DNA of 64,000 bases. Origin: an uncultured Methanoregulaceae archaeon. GTDB taxonomy: Archaea; Halobacteriota; Methanomicrobia; Methanomicrobiales; Methanospirillaceae. Positions 60,889 through 64,000 of the stretch are shown one piece after another. The position numbers were made by a program, and so were the translations under genes. The notes beneath the pieces were generated by a model. It was not told where the DNA came from. It did not search any database and was given only the letters and a program-made list of their open reading frames with translations. Where the stretch lies: the NCBI GenBank assembly GCA_963705255.1, contig OY970061.1, forward strand, positions 1,376,001 through 1,440,000. Reading direction: 5' to 3'. The first letter of the stretch is position 1; every line of letters starts with the position of its first letter.

Positions 60889-61970
60889 ATGATCTCCGTA
60901 TTATACGTAGATGACGATACTGCTCTCCTCATAAGTTGCAAACTTTTCCTTGAGCGGCGGGGTGAATTTTCGGTAAGTACAGAATCCTCACCCGGAAAAG
61001 CGCTGGATACTTTAAGGAGTGGAGGTTATGATGCGGTTGTCTCCGATTACCAGATGCCGGAGATGGACGGCATCGAATTCTTACAACGGCTCCGGAAAGA
61101 ACACCCGGCGCTCCCGTTCATCATTTTCACGGGGAAAGGACGGGAAGAGATCGCAATTGCGGCATTTGAGAACGGTGCTGATTTCTATATCCAGAAAGGC
61201 GGCGATCCGGTTGCCCGGTTCGCCGAACTCTCCCATAAAATCCGGAAATCCGTAGAACAACGTAAGGCCATGGAGGATGAATTCCGGAAGAAGAACGCCG
61301 AAGAGGCGCTCCGGATGACGAACAGGAAGCTGCACTCCTCTTCAGTATCACCCGTCACGATATCCGGAACCAGGTTCTTGCGCTCCGGAGTGCTCTCGAT
61401 CTCATCGATACCGATCCCTTGGATCTGGATACGCGGAAATTAATCGGTATCGCTTTAAAAGCCGCGGAAACGATCGATGGTCAGATCGGGTTTACGAAGG
61501 AGTACGAGCGCCTTGGCGTCAAAGAACCCCGATGGCAGAACATCAGAGAGGTCTTCCGGCATGCGACGCACAACTTCCTGATGTGCGATATTTCCCTTGA
61601 TCTGCCGGCAGACGGGTACGAAATATTTGCGGATCCGCTCCTTGAGAAAGTATTCTACAACCTGCTTGACAATGCACTCCGGCATGGCGGCGATGTGACC
61701 CGCATCAGCCTGTCCTGCCGTGAGATGGATGGCGGTCTCAAGATCTTCATGCAGGATAACGGCCAGGGTGTACCAGATGAGAATAAACTGCTTATCTTCG
61801 AACAGAACTTCGGCAGGAATACCGGGCTCGGGCTCTTCCTCTCCCGGGAAATCCTCTCAATAACAGGGATCTCCATTGCGGAAACGGGCAGATTCGGGGA
61901 CGGGGCACAGTTCGAGTTCACCGTGCCGAAAGGAACCTATAAATTTACCGGTTCTGGCGCACCTTCGTAG
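60889..61970 (+). CDS. Hybrid response regulator / histidine kinase (frameshift near 61340)
   Basis: YVDDD, SDYQMPEMDG; ITRHDIRNQ in shifted frame; YNLLDNALRHG, DNGQG, TGLGLF. Confidence 0.85.
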
Positions 61971-62391
61971 TGTTACCGCATATTCTCCATCGCAGACTCC
62001 ATCACAACGTCACGACAACACACAAGAACAGTTCTCCCCGTTTCAAACAGTGACATTGGAAAGATCCCCCCTCTGGCATAAAAAAGCGATATAAGGCCAG
62101 ACAAAAACCCGCAAAACGTACCACAAAGACAAATGGTCGTATCAAAAAAAGAGAATGAACCGGACGATACCACAAGACTCCGGGAGAAATGCCCGAAGAT
62201 CACATTCACAGGAATTGTTTCCACTATCCGAAATACCTGATGAGAGCAAGAACCGCTATCACGAGTATGATCGGTGAATGGGCGGTGGCATCAGTGAAAT
62301 GAAATGCCAGTGGGGCGACGCCTGCCGTCAGGTCTGCGGTGAATAAGGCGACCAGAAGTGAGGGGAAAAATTCCCGGATCCGGTTGTACCT

Positions 62392-63409
62392 CTAACCAGC
62401 GACATAGATATAATTGTTCGCGTTCACCGAAATACCACCGGTATTCTCGAACTGGCCGTTGCCAATACCTCCGGCACCCCACTGCGTCACATACGTTCCG
62501 TCCGGTGTGAACACCTGGACCCGGTTGTTTCCCCAGTCAGCGACATAGACATTGCCGTCAGCGTCCACGGATATGCCCCCGGGATTTTCGAACTGGCCAT
62601 TGCCGGTACCCCCGGCACCCCACTGCGTCACATACGTTCCGTCCGGTGTGAACACCTGGACCCGGTTGTTTCCCCAGTCAACGACATAGACAGAGCCGCT
62701 CGCGTTCACCGCTATTCCATCAGGATACCAGAACCGGCCGTTGGCAGTACCGCCAGAACCCCACTGCGTCACATACGTTCCGTCTGGCGTGAACACCTGG
62801 ACCCGGTGATTAAAGGTATCAGCGACATAGACAGAGCCGCTCGCGTTCACCCCTATGCCCTGAGGATACAGGAACTGGCCGTTGCCAATACCTCCGGCAC
62901 CCCACTGCGTCACATACGTCCCGTCTGGTGTGAACACCTGGACCCGGTGATTGTAGGTATCAGCGACATAGACAGAGCCGCTTGCATTCACCGCTATCCC
63001 ATCAGGATACAGGAACTGGTTGTTGCCAATACCGCCCGCACCCCATTGCGTCACGTACGTCCCGTTTGACATGAACTCCCCGATCCGGTTATTCCCGGTG
63101 TCAACGACATAGACAGAGCCACTTGCATTCACCGCAATGCCCTCAGGATACTGGAACCGGCCTTTGCCAACACCGACACCGCCCCACTGCGTCACGTACG
63201 TCCCGTCTGGCGTGAACTTCCATACACTGTTGGTGTACCCGTCCGTTGCATAGACAAAGCCTGCGCTGTCCACGGCAACAGAGGTGGGGTGCACCCCGGA
63301 CAGGGAGGGAATCGCCGGCTGGGATGCAGGTGACATGTCTGCTGATACGAACCCGCCCACTAGGGCGGATGCAAGCAGGAAGCTGAAAAAGGGTAAGGAG
63401 GCCTTTCAT
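62392..63409 (-). CDS. Secreted NHL-repeat beta-propeller protein (frameshift in signal peptide; degenerate C-terminus)
   Basis: 47-aa repeats GQFLYPxGIAVNASGSVYVADT.NHRVQVFTPDGTYVTQWG; restoring the frame gives MKASLPFFSFLLASALVGGFVSA. Confidence 0.8.
62450..63230. repeat. 141-bp tandem repeats encoding the NHL blades
   Basis: CCCCACTGCGTCACATACGT.CCGTC.GG.GTGAACACCTGGACCCGG recurs at 141-bp spacing. Confidence 0.85.
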
Positions 63410-63776
63410 CAGATCAGCAATCCGGAAAACTATTCATCGACCCATTCATTTTTCCTGGTAATATAGCTGACTGAACGGGAAACTGCCCGGTCTGTTGTTT
63501 GAAGTTATGGATTTGATCACGTTTCCTGCCGGTGCGCATCCCGGGAAAGTTACCGGGACACTTCTCGCACAGAATAAATCCCTGAACTCGATCCGATAAA
63601 AAAGGGGGCATCCCGACTGTGCTGATTGTTCGGAAAATGGCGCAGGTTAGTGATATGCGGAAACGGATCCGCAATCAAGGCAGTCCCGATTGCAGGTAGA
63701 ATGCTGAACAGACCCGCGCAACCGGGAACGGGGATGGTAATGGGATACAGCAGATTGTGAGATCCTTTAAAATACC

Positions 63777-64000
63777 TCACGCAACCCGGACGATTGCGCC
63801 GTGGTTGCTGGCCGTGGTGAGAAGGGTTGTTCCGTCGCAGGCCTGCTCTGCCATGAATGTCCGTGCTGCCCGCTCGAGGTCCTGCATTCCCGTATCCCCG
63901 ATGGCGTAGACCGCAGGGCCGAACGAGCTCATACCTGCCCCGGCGGCGCCGCCCTCGCGCAGGGTGGAGAGAAGGGCGGTGACAAGAGGCGACTGAAAGC
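63777..64000 (-). CDS. Beta-RFAP synthase (GHMP family, methanopterin synthesis), C-terminal part
   Basis: Manual translation ..QSPLVTALLSTLREGGAAGAGMSSFGPAVYAIG..TTASNHGAIVRVA*. Confidence 0.75.
   Translation of the reverse strand, partial: FQSPLVTALLSTLREGGAAGAGMSSFGPAVYAIGDTGMQDLERAARTFMAEQACDGTTLLTTASNHGAIVRVA

Noticed and set aside
62392-62394. Pyrrolysine read-through of the in-frame TAG
   Set aside because: Downstream sequence is degenerate, no pyl genes in the window, and the inferred lineage is not known for Pyl.
63414-63780. Small ORFs 63414-63674 and 63550-63780
   Set aside because: No recognisable motifs or RBS; likely intergenic.

Overview
GC-rich archaeal chromosome segment, most likely a Methanomicrobiales (Methanoregulaceae-like) methanogen. 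This is inferred from cysteate synthase/ComDE coenzyme M genes, SAMP/UbaA/NcsA, Dph5, beta-RFAP synthase and class III pilins. Left part (1-13.5 kb) is accessory: an AbrB (HgcC-like)/arsM divergon, flavoproteins, orphan genes, a Panacea remnant, a Fic protein, and a visibly AT-rich five-gene operon (RHH regulator, DNA methyltransferase, small helical protein, GHKL/MORC-like ATPase, DUF1016-N-like protein) that looks like an uncharacterised defence system. That operon is followed by an exactly 32-bp-phased array of nine 16-bp quasi-palindromes and a DUF488 gene. The middle (13.7-41.3 kb) is a sulfur/metal hub: cysK, cysE-DUF59 fusion, CDF, cbiMNQO, CoM synthesis, kdpC-A fusion/kdpB/kinase-less kdpD, moaE/moaD/moeB, iscU/iscS, larE, fdhD, ncsA/SAMP, nadA. 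The right part holds a pilin/adhesin cluster, housekeeping genes and secreted proteins. A REP/MITE-like hairpin family (GAAGAAYYC-loop-GRRTTCTTC, with compensatory stem changes) occurs at five intergenic loci. About 14 genes carry single-base frameshifts, probably assembly errors. All family assignments are from motif recognition by eye; no database searches were run.
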